In this document: piece by piece, positions 17,872 through 27,157 of the stretch | Numbering within the stretch: position 1 is the first letter of the stretch | Layout: each line of letters starts with the position of its first letter | Assembly (NCBI GenBank): GCA_031288595.1 | Contig: JAITRB010000011.1 | Coordinates: 29,799-61,798, forward strand | From: Puniceicoccales bacterium | GTDB lineage: Bacteria > Verrucomicrobiota > Verrucomicrobiia > Opitutales > JAIRLG01 | Direction: 5' to 3' | Length of the DNA: 32,000 nucleotides | Position numbers and translations under genes: made by a program | The notes under the pieces: model-generated | Told to the model about the DNA's origin: nothing | Seen by the model: only the letters and a program-made list of their open reading frames with translations | Database searches by the model: none

Positions 17872-18630
17872 CTAGGGCCCAAAATCCCAAAAGCCAGGTG
17901 GCTTTTGCTCGGCAAAGAAGTGAAAGATCTTTCCTCGCCAGCGATAATCCAGCTCGATGCTCTCCGAGTGGAGGAAGAGATTTCTGCGGCCCACGTATCC
18001 GGCCAGAGCGCGGTTCCAGCGAAAATTCCCGTAGGTCTTATCGCCCAGAATGGGACAGCCCCTTAGGGCGCACTGTACGCGCAGCTGATGGGTCCGTCCG
18101 GTATGGGGGTACAGGCGAAGCCTCCGGAGGGAATGCTCCCCTAGCCTCGCCATGGCCATTTCCTCATAATAGGTCTCGGCCAGCAGGCCCCGAGGGTCGG
18201 GGCGTACACGCAGGCCAGCCTGGCTCTGCACCTCACTCAAATGGTCACGCCACAGACCCGATGCCCCTAGGGTTGCCCTTCCCTTCACCCAGGCCTGGTA
18301 GGCCTTTCGACAGCGCCGTTCCCGAAAGGCAGACCGGACTGCCTCCGCCACCGATGCGTTTAGGGTCACGAGCATGAGACCGGACGTAGGTGCGTCGAGA
18401 CGGTGGAGGAGAAAGAGCCACTTCCCGTCAGGCAGGCGATAAGCCTCTTTCTCAAAATCGTAGGTCCCGGGAGCGATGGCCCTTGCGGAAATCGCATCCG
18501 CTTTATTGGGATGGGATATTCGACCCGAAGGTTTGATGATGGCGGCCAGACCATTCTCATCCTCCTGCCATAGCTCTACCGCCGGCGAGAGGTAGCTTTG
18601 GATCCCGGAATTTCGAATTTTCGCCCTCAC
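17872..18630 (-). CDS. RluA-family pseudouridine synthase
   Basis: 252 aa with a GTG start. The catalytic motif HRLDAPTSGLMLV and a downstream HTGRTHQLRVQCA box are present. Confidence 0.85.
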   Translation of the reverse strand: MRAKIRNSGIQSYLSPAVELWQEDENGLAAIIKPSGRISHPNKADAISARAIAPGTYDFEKEAYRLPDGKWLFLLHRLDAPTSGLMLVTLNASVAEAVRSAFRERRCRKAYQAWVKGRATLGASGLWRDHLSEVQSQAGLRVRPDPRGLLAETYYEEMAMARLGEHSLRRLRLYPHTGRTHQLRVQCALRGCPILGDKTYGNFRWNRALAGYVGRRNLFLHSESIELDYRWRGKIFHFFAEQKPPGFWDFGP

Positions 18631-18761
18631 GCTCTTGGCTTAAAAAAACATTTTCCCCAAAAATTTTTCAAGTCTTATCCACCAGTCTTCGGCCTCCGCT
18701 GGTCTTTTCCCCTTGCCAAGCATAACTCCCATTGCAGCATGCAAAGGGCCTCCCGAGCATC

Positions 18762-18837
<76 letters not shown>

Positions 18838-18996
18838 GGACTTCTCTCCCCACCGAGAATCCTTTCTCGTCGAAGGAGTGGCGGGGCGAAATGCGATGCA
18901 GGAGTGGTCATTCCCTCCGGTTTAGGGGCTCTTTTGCCTCTACTATCCTTAGGCCCTTGGCTTGAATTTCTGGACCTTCTCCCTAAAAATATCCCC

Positions 18997-19986
18997 ATGA
19001 AAGTCCTCGTTACCGGTGGCAACGGATTTTTGGGACAACACCTCTTGCCGCTCCTGTTGAAACGCGGCCTGCACGTCCGCGTCCTGGGCCGGCAGGAGCG
19101 GGGCGCGACCAACCTTCCCGTTGAATATCGCCGTGGGGATATTCAAAATTTCTCCGATGTTCTGGAGGCGACGTGCGGGATGGAGGCAGTTTTTCACCTC
19201 GCCTCCAGGGCCGGCATCGAGTCCAATCCCCAGCTCTACGACCTGGTCAATGTAAAGGGCACGCAGCATGTCCTCGAGGCCTGCCGGCAGAACCGTGTCG
19301 CGTACTGCATCTACACCAGTTCTCCCTGTGTCGTCTTCCATGGCCAGGATATCCGCGACGGCGATGAATCCCTGCCCTACTCCCCGCACCCACTCTGCGA
19401 CTACGCACGGACGAAAATCCAGGCTGAGCAGCTCGTGCTGGCGGCCAATACACCGAGCCTGAGGACGATGGCGCTGCGCCCGCACCTTCTCTTCGGCCGC
19501 GGAGACCGGCAACTCATCCCCCGCCTCCTCCAGCGCTTGCAAAGTGGCCAATTGGCACAAATCGGGGCGGGGAAAAATCGCGTCGACATGACGCACATCG
19601 ACAACGCTGCCCAGGCTCATGAGCTGGCCTTTCTTGCCCTGTTGCGAGGCCACGTGGGCGGGAAGGCGTATTTCATCGGACAGGAACATCCCCTGTCCCT
19701 CTGGGAAACTGTCGACGAAATCCTGCGACGTCTAGGGCATCCTCCGGTGACGCGGCGGATTCCGTACTCCCTTGCCTATGCGAGCGGATATGTTTTGGAA
19801 AAGCTTTCCCGCTTACGCCGAGATCATCCCGAGCCCGCCATGACCCGTTTCCTGGCCTTGGCTTTGGGCAAGGACCACTACTTCTCGCACCGCGCTGCCC
19901 GGGCAGAGCTGGGTTATATCCCCAAAATCTCCATCGAGGAGGCGCTGAAGGATTACGATGTTCCTGAGGCACATCCTCCCAGCTAA
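18997..19986 (+). CDS. NAD(P)-dependent epimerase/dehydratase, 3-beta-hydroxysteroid-dehydrogenase-like SDR
   Basis: Start moved to ATG 18997 (MKVLVTGGNGFLGQHLLPLLL, a Rossmann GxxGxxG). The catalytic YxxxK is present as YARTK. About 329 aa. Confidence 0.8.
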   Translation: MKVLVTGGNGFLGQHLLPLLLKRGLHVRVLGRQERGATNLPVEYRRGDIQNFSDVLEATCGMEAVFHLASRAGIESNPQLYDLVNVKGTQHVLEACRQNRVAYCIYTSSPCVVFHGQDIRDGDESLPYSPHPLCDYARTKIQAEQLVLAANTPSLRTMALRPHLLFGRGDRQLIPRLLQRLQSGQLAQIGAGKNRVDMTHIDNAAQAHELAFLALLRGHVGGKAYFIGQEHPLSLWETVDEILRRLGHPPVTRRIPYSLAYASGYVLEKLSRLRRDHPEPAMTRFLALALGKDHYFSHRAARAELGYIPKISIEEALKDYDVPEAHPPS

Positions 19987-20047
19987 AGGCCGCACTTTCC
20001 TTCTACTTGCCCCGTAGAAATTTTTCTACAAAATGTCTTCTCTTCAC

Positions 20048-20124
20048 TGGTCGGGCTGAAGAGATTCGAACTCTTGACCCCTTGCACCCCATGCAAGTGC
20101 GCTACCAGACTGCGCCACAGCCCG
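20048..20124 (-). tRNA. tRNA-Pro (anticodon GGG)
   Basis: The reverse complement folds as a 77-nt cloverleaf. Acceptor cgggctg/cagcccg, D arm gcgc-agtctggta-gcgc, anticodon arm cttgc-atggggt-gcaag and T arm aagag-ttcgaat-ctctt. ACCA is encoded. Confidence 0.92.
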
Positions 20125-20158
20125 CCAAGGCCAGGATCCTGGACCTAGCAGGAAAAAG

Positions 20159-21697
20159 TCAATGGCGCAATCCCTGCCTCTGCCTTCGCAGGAGAATTCG
20201 CAGCCAACGGAAATTCCAGAGCGAGAGCAGCGCGCAATAGACGAGTATGCCGATGAGGATGAGCGAGAACAACCGGCCGGCATGCTGCATCCGGGACAGG
20301 TTATCGGCGAAAAGTCCATTGCGCTGGAAGAACAGCAACAGGCCCCCCATGCCGGCGGAGGAGAGCAGGATACCCCCAATCGGTCGTGCGAGCCTTTGGG
20401 GAGGAAAGCCAAGCGGTCGCAGGTGTGAAGCGAGATAGCCGGTCTGGAAGAAAACCGCCAACACGTGGGCCCAGGCCATGCCTCGCACCTGAAAGGAATT
20501 CAGGAGCAAGAGGCTCAGGGACAGGTTGATCCCGAAGGCACAGGCGGAAGCCCGTAGCGGAACGCGCATATCTTTCTTCGCGTGGTGGATGCGTGTCAGA
20601 AAGCTGGACAGCGCGCAGAAGGGCAGCGCCAGCGAGAAAATTCTCAGTACCGGCAGCGCGGACAGAGCATCCCCTGCCTGGAACTGTCCCCAGACGAAGA
20701 GCGTTTGGATGATCTCGCGGCCCAGAAGGCCCAGCCCCAGCGCTGCCGGTACACTGATGAGCAGGACTCCTATCAGACCACATCGAGCCGCCTGCCAAAA
20801 GTCCTCGTCGCAACGGGTGGCGGAACTGCGGGCCATCTGTGGAAAGAAGAGGCTCGTGAGCGCGATGACGAAAATCCCGAGCGGCAGGTCGATCAGGCGT
20901 TCCGCGAGGTAGAGCAGCGCAATGCTATTCGCCTGAAGCGAAAAGGCCAGGAAGCGGGAAGCGGCCAAGTTCAGCTGCACGACGGCCGCCCCCAGCAGTC
21001 CGGGCAGGAACAAGCTCTTCAGTTCCGCCAGGGCCAGGGATGGGCGGAAATCCCAGCGCCATCGCCAACCCTGTTGCCTCAACTGACCCATCAGCAGGAG
21101 CAGGGGTATCAGGCCGCCCAGCAGGACGGCAGCTGATAGGACATAGACCTTGGTATGCGCTTTCCATCCGAAGGCGTTGGAGACCAAGAGGCTGCTGATC
21201 AGAGAGAGGTTGAGCCAGATGGCCGGTGTGGCCGCCAGGAAAAAGTGGCCCAGCACATTGAGGGCTGCCGTCACCAGCGCCGTCAGGCAGATGAAGAGGG
21301 CGAAGGGGAGCAGCAGCATGGCCAGCCTAAAACCAAGGGCCTGGTGTTCCTCCAGACTGGGGATGTGGCCCAGTCCCCAGAACAGAGCCGCACCGAGCAG
21401 GAGGAGGCCTGTCAAGATGAGTGTCGCCCAGGAAAATACCTGCTGAAGGAGGCGGAAAGCGGACTTGCGACCCTCCCGATGCATTTCCTGGGAAAAAATC
21501 GGGATGAGGGCCGAGGCCAGCGCCCCTTCGCCCAGGAGCCTGCGCAAGAGGTGGGGCAGTGTGAAGGCGAAGAGAAAAGCAGCACTGGCGGTAGAGGTGC
21601 CCAGAGTTCCGAATAGGACGATATCCCGCCCAAAGCCTGACACTCGCGACAAGGCCGTCGCCAGCGAAAGGCCGAAAAACCGATGCGGCAGACCCAT
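20159..21697 (-). CDS. murJ: Lipid II flippase MurJ (MviN)
   Basis: 512 aa with an ATG start. The N-terminus (LATALSRVSGFGRDIVLFGTLGTSTASAAFLFAFTLPHLLRRLLGEGALASALIP) is characteristic of MurJ, and the protein is polytopic (about 14 hydrophobic segments). Confidence 0.9.
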   Translation of the reverse strand: MGLPHRFFGLSLATALSRVSGFGRDIVLFGTLGTSTASAAFLFAFTLPHLLRRLLGEGALASALIPIFSQEMHREGRKSAFRLLQQVFSWATLILTGLLLLGAALFWGLGHIPSLEEHQALGFRLAMLLLPFALFICLTALVTAALNVLGHFFLAATPAIWLNLSLISSLLVSNAFGWKAHTKVYVLSAAVLLGGLIPLLLLMGQLRQQGWRWRWDFRPSLALAELKSLFLPGLLGAAVVQLNLAASRFLAFSLQANSIALLYLAERLIDLPLGIFVIALTSLFFPQMARSSATRCDEDFWQAARCGLIGVLLISVPAALGLGLLGREIIQTLFVWGQFQAGDALSALPVLRIFSLALPFCALSSFLTRIHHAKKDMRVPLRASACAFGINLSLSLLLLNSFQVRGMAWAHVLAVFFQTGYLASHLRPLGFPPQRLARPIGGILLSSAGMGGLLLFFQRNGLFADNLSRMQHAGRLFSLILIGILVYCALLSLWNFRWLRILLRRQRQGLRH

Positions 21698-21839
21698 GAG
21701 CTTGAGTATCTCTCAAGCTATGGAGCTGTGAGCAGCTCGTCGATATCGAATAGGTATTCTCCGAAACAATCTCTGCATTCATTTCGATCCTGGGCTTGCC
21801 CCTTCCATCGACGGGCTGGGCCATCATGCTGGTAGTGTG

Positions 21840-21932
21840 CGTGCTGTCTTTGCAGCGATGAAGCGAAATGCTTTCGCTTCATCGCTGTGGCCTGCATAGC
21901 AGGCGATCCCGAAGGGATCCAAAGACAGCACG
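21840..21932 (+). repeat. Four-way-junction palindromic element, copy D (long-short-short)
   Basis: Closing stem cgtgctgtctttg (21840-21852) pairs with caaagacagcacg (21920-21932). Inside are cagcgatgaagcgaaa-tgc-tttcgcttcatcgctg (21853-21887), gcctgc-ata-gcaggc (21890-21904) and gatccc-gaa-gggatc (21905-21919). It lies in the divergent murJ/rplY spacer. Confidence 0.9.
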
Positions 21933-22053
21933 GCAATAGGAAGCATGGGCCCGATATTCGCAGTTGAGGAGAGGACCGAAAGCGGAGCAGGGCCCTGCTC
22001 TTTCGAGATCTAGGGATTCTGGCGTTGCCTCTGCAAAAAAGATTTCCATTGTT

Positions 22054-22083
22054 TTGTGCGAAGATTCGGGTCAGATAGATAAT
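22054..22083 (+). promoter_or_regulatory. Candidate sigma-70 promoter for the rplY-pth-rpsF-ssb-rplI cluster
   Basis: TTGTGC (22054-22059), an 18-nt spacer, then GATAAT (22078-22083), about 38 nt upstream of the rplY ATG. This is a motif match only. Confidence 0.3.
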
Positions 22084-22120
22084 CGCTGCTCGATGGAATA
22101 TATAGCAGGGCTTAGTTTTT

Positions 22121-22750
22121 ATGAAATCATTCAATCTATCGGTGGTCTCGCGGGAGACAAAGGGGCGCCACGCCGTCAATCGCCTTCGCGCCCAGGGCAT
22201 CATTCCGGCGGTGATCTACGGACGTTCGGGCACCCGTTCTCTGAGCGTGAAGGATAAGGATTTCCGCGCGCTGCTGAAGGCGAAAGGTAGCGGAGCAGTG
22301 ATCGTGGAGGTGGAGGACGAAAGGAGGGAAAAGACGCTGGCGACCATCGCTCAGATCCAGAAGGACGCCATCTCCGATGGGATGATGCACGTCGATTTCA
22401 AGGAGATTTCTCAGGATGAGCCGGAGTTTTTTGCAATTCCGGTCGCTGTCCGTGGCGAGGCCGTGGGCGTGAAGTCGGAGGACGGAGTCTTGGAAATTCT
22501 AAAACATGAGATTTCCATCCGCTGCCTGCTGCGCGATGTCGTCGATGCCATCGAGGTCGATATTTCCAACCTGCACGCCGGCGAAAGGATTCACGTGAAG
22601 AATCTGCCCGTTCTGCCGGGCATCACCTATCTAGGGGATCCGGAGGTGGTGGTCCTGAGCTGCTCGAAGCAGAGCGAAGAAGAGGCGGCGGGGACGAAGG
22701 GAGCGGCGGCGGCAGCCGAAGCGGCAGTGTCGGCGACCAGCGCGGGATGA
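22121..22750 (+). CDS. rplY: 50S ribosomal protein L25 / general stress protein Ctc (long form)
   Basis: 209 aa with an ATG start. RETKGRHAVNRLRAQGIIPAVIYG... is the typical L25/Ctc N-terminus, and the C-terminal tail is Ala/Glu-rich. Confidence 0.9.
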   Translation: MKSFNLSVVSRETKGRHAVNRLRAQGIIPAVIYGRSGTRSLSVKDKDFRALLKAKGSGAVIVEVEDERREKTLATIAQIQKDAISDGMMHVDFKEISQDEPEFFAIPVAVRGEAVGVKSEDGVLEILKHEISIRCLLRDVVDAIEVDISNLHAGERIHVKNLPVLPGITYLGDPEVVVLSCSKQSEEEAAGTKGAAAAAEAAVSATSAG

Positions 22751-22757
22751 GCCCTGC

Positions 22758-23333
22758 ATGGTACGAGACGTCGTCGTCGGCCTGGGCAACAGGGGTTCGG
22801 CGTATCGCCACACGCGGCACAATCTGGGGGCCTATTTCGTCGAATACTGCGTCAATCCCTCACTTCCCGAAAGCCTCCTGTGGCAGCAGGTGGATGAGGG
22901 CCTGGGTTGCTGCTGGACGCGGACGGAGTGTGGTGCTCAGAGCACTTATTTCCTCCGTCCGATGAGCTTCATGAACGAGTCAGGCATTGGGCTGCGGCGC
23001 TGGCTGTCGTTTTTCAAGAAAAGCGCCGAGGAGCTCATCCTCTGCTGCGACGACATCACGCTTCCCCTGGGAGCGCTGAAGATCAGCCTCCGGCCGGGCA
23101 CAGCTGGGCATCACGGCGTGGAGAGCGTATGGGGACAGGTCGGGCCTGGTTTCGTGCGCTTCCGCCTGGGTATCGGGCCCAAGCGCCATCCGGAGATGGA
23201 CCTTAAGGATCACGTCCTGGGGCATTTTTCCGAGGAAGAGCAGGCCTGTGTGGATGCCCATTTGCTCTTGTGGCGGCAGGAACTAGAGCTCCTGCTTGAC
23301 AAGGGAAGGAATCCTCCCATGAAAATCTCCTGA
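22758..23333 (+). CDS. pth: Peptidyl-tRNA hydrolase
   Basis: 191 aa with an ATG start. Motifs VVGLGNRGSAYRHTRHNLG, FMNESG and GHHGVES are present. Confidence 0.92.
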   Translation: MVRDVVVGLGNRGSAYRHTRHNLGAYFVEYCVNPSLPESLLWQQVDEGLGCCWTRTECGAQSTYFLRPMSFMNESGIGLRRWLSFFKKSAEELILCCDDITLPLGALKISLRPGTAGHHGVESVWGQVGPGFVRFRLGIGPKRHPEMDLKDHVLGHFSEEEQACVDAHLLLWRQELELLLDKGRNPPMKIS

Positions 23334-23349
23334 ATTCCCGAAGCGGAGT

Positions 23350-23640
23350 ATGAGAAAGCATTCTTACCGAGCGAACTTTATTCTGGATACGCGGCGCGAG
23401 ACGGAGCCGCTGGAAAGCCTGATCGAGAAGATACGTCGGACACTGGCGGAGCTGGGTGCTTCCATTGCCCAGGTCAATAACGAGGGGCAGAAAAATTTTG
23501 AACGGGCGGTGAATCGCCACTTCGCTGCTGGTCTCTATCTGGAGATCATTTTTGAAGGCATGTCCTCCCTACCGGCAGCGATCCGGTCGAAGTTCCAGCT
23601 CGATAAGACAGTCGATCGCATATTGATCGAGCGCTGCTGA
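23350..23640 (+). CDS. rpsF: 30S ribosomal protein S6
   Basis: 96 aa with an ATG start. The size, the position upstream of ssb and rplI, and an S6-like beta-alpha pattern (YRANFILD...GLYLEIIFEG) support the call. Confidence 0.75.
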   Translation: MRKHSYRANFILDTRRETEPLESLIEKIRRTLAELGASIAQVNNEGQKNFERAVNRHFAAGLYLEIIFEGMSSLPAAIRSKFQLDKTVDRILIERC

Positions 23641-23663
23641 AGGATTTGGAGCGAAAAATTGCT

Positions 23664-24149
23664 ATGGCTTCCTTCAATCGAGTAATCCTGATGGGGAACA
23701 TGACCCGGGATCCGGAGCTGCGCACGACGGAGGCTGGGATGGCGATCACCAAGTTCGGATTGGCGATGAGCCGCAGTTTCAAGTCCCAGAACGGCGAGAG
23801 CCACGAGGAGACGACTTTTGTGGATGTCGATTCCTTTGGCCGGCAGGCGGAGGTGATCGCGAAGTTCTTCTCCAAGGGCAAACCGATCTTGGTGGAGGGA
23901 CGTCTGCGCCTCGACCAGTGGGAATCTCCCAGTGGGGAAAGGCGGAACCGCCTGGTCGTGGTGCTGGAAAATTTCCAATTCGTCGGTACGCGGGGTGAAG
24001 AAGCGGCGGTGCAGGAAAATGCTCCGCTAGAGGCGAGAGCCTCTTCTTCCTTCAACCCTCTATCGGCTGCCAGGGAAAAACTGGGCGGCGATCGGGAGCT
24101 CAAGGTACCAGCCCCTTCTCAGGACTTGGATGATGATATTCCGTTTTAA
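23664..24149 (+). CDS. ssb: Single-stranded DNA-binding protein
   Basis: Start moved to ATG 23664 (MASFNRVILMGNMTRDPELR...). An OB-fold core (FVDVDSFGRQAEVIAKFFSKGKPILVEGRLRLDQWE) and the acidic C-terminal tip DDDIPF are present. Confidence 0.93.
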   Translation: MASFNRVILMGNMTRDPELRTTEAGMAITKFGLAMSRSFKSQNGESHEETTFVDVDSFGRQAEVIAKFFSKGKPILVEGRLRLDQWESPSGERRNRLVVVLENFQFVGTRGEEAAVQENAPLEARASSSFNPLSAAREKLGGDRELKVPAPSQDLDDDIPF

Positions 24150-24168
24150 TTTCAAAAACTAGAAAACC

Positions 24169-24639
24169 ATGGCTACGTCGGAAATTTTGCTCTTGGAAAA
24201 GGTCGAAGGCCTGGGGGCTGAAGGGGCCCAAGTGAGCGTACGGGCAGGCTATGCCCGCAACTTCCTATTTCCGAAGAAAAAGGCAATTCCGGTCACCCGA
24301 GCCAATCGCCGCCAGATCGAGGCCCTGGCGAAGCGCCGAGAAATGCGCGAGAATGCAGAACTGGCCACTGCGAAGGACTTGAGGGAACGCATCCTGGCCC
24401 TATCGATCGTCTTTTCGGTAAAGACGGGCATCAAGGGCAAGCTGTTCGGTGCGGTGACTCAGGCAGATCTGCTGGAACGCCTGCGGGAGGCCGGTTTGGA
24501 AATCGATCGCAAGAAGCTCCATCTGGAAGCGGTGAAGGAACTGGGGCAGCATCGAGCTGAGCTGCAGCTCCATCCCGAGGTCGTGTTCGAGCTTCCCTTT
24601 GAGATCGTCTCCGAGAATCCCATCGATCACGGCGAATAG
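24169..24639 (+). CDS. rplI: 50S ribosomal protein L9
   Basis: 156 aa with an ATG start. ILLEKVEGLGAEGAQVSVRAGYARNFLFPKKKA is the canonical L9 N-terminal domain. Confidence 0.93.
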   Translation: MATSEILLLEKVEGLGAEGAQVSVRAGYARNFLFPKKKAIPVTRANRRQIEALAKRREMRENAELATAKDLRERILALSIVFSVKTGIKGKLFGAVTQADLLERLREAGLEIDRKKLHLEAVKELGQHRAELQLHPEVVFELPFEIVSENPIDHGE

Positions 24640-24705
24640 GAACCTCGGCTTCTCTCTCTTTGGGGAACTCCGAGGGAGTTGTGGAGAAATGGACGTTTTT
24701 GTGTA

Positions 24706-24802
24706 GGGGCTGGCTCTACCCCGATGAGGAGGGCTATGCCCTCACCTCATCGGGGCGGCCCGCACAGCGGGCCCGATTCCGGAGGAATCGAAAGCCAGCC
24801 CC
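24706..24802 (+). repeat. Four-way-junction palindromic element, copy F (variant closing stem; long-short-short)
   Basis: Closing stem ggggctggct (24706-24715) pairs with agccagcccc (24793-24802). Inside are ccccgatgaggagggc-tat-gccctc(ac)ctcatcgggg (24719-24755, 2-nt bulge), ggcccgc-aca-gcgggcc (24757-24773) and cgattcc-gga-ggaatcg (24774-24790). It lies between the convergent rplI and dehydrogenase genes. Confidence 0.85.
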
Positions 24803-24830
24803 ATTCCCAGCCCTTCTTCGCTCCTTGGGC

Positions 24831-25871
24831 TCATGAAATGGCATTGACGAGGACCTTGCCCTCTTCGTAGCAGCGGATGTTCTCCAGAGTTGTCGAGGCG
24901 ATGCGCTCCAGGGCTTCTTGGGTGAAAAAGGCCTGATGGGACGTGAGGATCACATTATTAAAGGAAATCAGGCGTGCCAGCGTGTCATCGGCGAGAGGTT
25001 CATTGGAGAGATCTTGAAAGAAATAATCATTTTCATTCTCGTAGACATCCAGACCGGCAGCACCGATAGGGCCCCTCTTGAGGCCTTCGATGAGCGCCTC
25101 GGCGTCGATGAGCCCGCCGCGGCTTGTGTTGATGAGGATCACCCCGGTCTTCATCTGCGCGATGCTCTCTCGATGGATCATGTGCCGATTTTCCGGTGTC
25201 AATGGGCAGTGAAGGGAAATAATGTCGGCTTCCCGGTAGATCTCATACGGAGAGCGATAGTGGGTATTGACGAGCTTTTCGACTTCCGGATTCGGGTAGG
25301 GATCCGAAACGAGGATCTTTCCCTGAAATCCCTGGAGCAGCTGGCAGAAGATATGACCAATTTTCCCAGTCCCAATCACGCCAAAGGTCTTGCCGTGCAG
25401 GTCCATCCCCATCAGTCCCTCGAGGGAAAAATTATGCTCCCGTGTCCTCATCCAGGCCCGATGGATCCTGCGGTTAAGGGCCATGAGAAGGCTCAGGGCA
25501 TGTTCCGCCACAGCGTGGGGCGAATAGGCCGGCACGCGCACCAGGGTTATTTTCCCCCGGGCATACTCGAGATCGATGTTGTTGAAGCCCGCACAGCGCA
25601 TGGCGAGAAGCTCGACGCCACGGTCGACCAGGCCCTGCAGGGTTCTAGGGCCCAAATCGTCGTTCACGAAAGCGCAGACGACATTGGCCTCTCCCAGGAG
25701 TTCGAGGTTTTTTTCCGATAGCCGCTGGGGATGGTAGCTCATCCTGTAGCCGAAATCCCGATTTTTGAGGTCGAAAAAAGTCCGGTCGTAATCCTTGGTT
25801 CCGAAAAACGCGATTCCCCGAATGGAATGAATAGAATGCTGCTGCCCATTATCCATATCCCCTAGCCTCAT
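24831..25871 (-). CDS. D-isomer-specific 2-hydroxyacid dehydrogenase (D-lactate dehydrogenase-like)
   Basis: 346 aa with an ATG start (an alternative ATG lies 5 codons in). The NAD-binding motif GVIGTGKIGHIF and the catalytic region SLHCPLTPENRHM...NTSRGGLID...LTSHQAFFT are present. Confidence 0.88.
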   Translation of the reverse strand: MRLGDMDNGQQHSIHSIRGIAFFGTKDYDRTFFDLKNRDFGYRMSYHPQRLSEKNLELLGEANVVCAFVNDDLGPRTLQGLVDRGVELLAMRCAGFNNIDLEYARGKITLVRVPAYSPHAVAEHALSLLMALNRRIHRAWMRTREHNFSLEGLMGMDLHGKTFGVIGTGKIGHIFCQLLQGFQGKILVSDPYPNPEVEKLVNTHYRSPYEIYREADIISLHCPLTPENRHMIHRESIAQMKTGVILINTSRGGLIDAEALIEGLKRGPIGAAGLDVYENENDYFFQDLSNEPLADDTLARLISFNNVILTSHQAFFTQEALERIASTTLENIRCYEEGKVLVNAIS

Positions 25872-25905
25872 TGAGGCCTATAGTCTATGTCTTCGAACCT
25901 TATTT

Positions 25906-26391
25906 TCAATCCGGAAATGCTCCTTTCGATGATTTCCAGGTCTCGACGGTGATCACCGCTTGGGCAAGAAATTCTCTGGCCAGTTCATCCCGATAATCCT
26001 CTTCGTAGAGGATCCGGCAAACTTTGGCCGAGAGCAGGGATTTGACGCAGTGGGAGCAGGGGAAATGGGTGCAGTAGAGCGTAGCTCCCTCGGTCGACAG
26101 GCCAAAGCGGGCACATTGTAAAAGCGCATTCTGTTCCGCGTGAACCGCTCGGCACAGTTCACTGCGCTCACCGGAAGGAATTCTCCTCTGCTGCCGCAAG
26201 CATCCCACGTCCAGGCAGTGAGGAAGTCCGCTTGGGGCGCCGTTATAGCCGGTTGCGAGGAGGCGATGTTCCCTGACCAGCAGCGCTCCGACCTGGCGGC
26301 GCAGGCAGGTCGAGCGGCTGGCCACGAACCTCGTCAGTTTCATGAAGTAGTCATCCCAGCTCTCACGGGTATTGTCCAAAGCTGAAGTCAT
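25906..26391 (-). CDS. dCMP deaminase (ComEB-type cytidine/deoxycytidylate deaminase)
   Basis: 161 aa with an ATG start. Zinc motifs VHAEQNAL and THFPCSHCVK are present, and the N-terminus (WDDYFMKLTRFVASRSTC) is typical. Confidence 0.9.
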   Translation of the reverse strand: MTSALDNTRESWDDYFMKLTRFVASRSTCLRRQVGALLVREHRLLATGYNGAPSGLPHCLDVGCLRQQRRIPSGERSELCRAVHAEQNALLQCARFGLSTEGATLYCTHFPCSHCVKSLLSAKVCRILYEEDYRDELAREFLAQAVITVETWKSSKGAFPD

Positions 26392-26720
26392 GAATTCTGT
26401 GCCCTAAAAGTATCTCTCATGGGCTTCCCTTATTCTTGAAAATCCTCTCCGAAAGGAAATCTTTTTAAGGAGAAAAATGGCTGATGGAAGAGCGGCATCG
26501 GTTTGGGAATTGAGCAGATTTTGGGAGAAGCAGGCCGTTCCCGCCGTCGAGAAAAAGCTCCGAACAGGCATAAAAACTTGCTAAGGGAGAGGATAGTTCG
26601 CGGGACAAAATCTGTCTTACTAAACTAGGGCAGTCCAGGCTATTCCATTCTGAGATCAAGCTTGGGTTTAGGTGGGGAGGAACTCTGGGTTTGGACAAGG
26701 TCATGGACCCGTCTTCGACA

Positions 26721-27157
26721 TCAGGGAGCATTTCTGCCTATCCAGGGCGATTCTGGGAGGATAATGAGGATCTGGTAGGCTACTGCTGAAAAAAGGGAGC
26801 CTGGCATCAATGCTTTGGGGGACAAGCGGTGGATGGCTCTGCATGCAGCGATCGGGCGAGGAAATGGGGAAATCATGCACTAGTGCTGAATGCGGAAGAT
26901 GTGCTTCGATGCCATGGATGACCAGGGGAAACAGCTCTAACACCTCTGCATGAGGCGGTTAGAACTGACGATCCCAACTGCATCTATCTCCTGCTGGAGA
27001 AGGATTTCGCTGTAGTGCTTCAAATCGAGGCGAGGATTTGTCCCTCTGCATCGTGCGGTTTTGCTGCTACCTCAACCTCGATATCCGTGCCTCCCGCGGC
27101 GTACAGCTTCAAAATGAAAATAGCCAGCACGATTTTGGCCAAGCCGCGGGGACGCTG
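26721..27157 (-). pseudogene. Probable decayed Gfo/Idh/MocA-type oxidoreductase remnant (N-terminal NAD-binding domain); boundaries approximate
   Basis: Minus-strand reading gives ...RGLAKIVLAIFILKLYAAGGTDIEVEVAAKPHDAEGQILASI* (27157-27020). After a frameshift it gives LKHYSEILLQQEIDAVGIVSSNRLMQRC* SCFPWSSMASKHIFRIQH* CMISPF...KALMPGSLFSAVAYQILIILPESPWIGRNAP* (27023-26721). The order Y.E.L....IDAV.I...N.L, then A.KH.F, then LM.G..F...YQ......IG mirrors the family's N-terminal motifs, but with one frameshift and two in-frame stops. Recognised from memory only. Confidence 0.4.

Noticed and set aside
18675-18683. DnaA-box-like TTATCCACC upstream of the tRNA(CAT) gene
   Set aside because: It is a single imperfect box with no cluster, no AT-rich unwinding element and no dnaA nearby. 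That is insufficient for an origin call.
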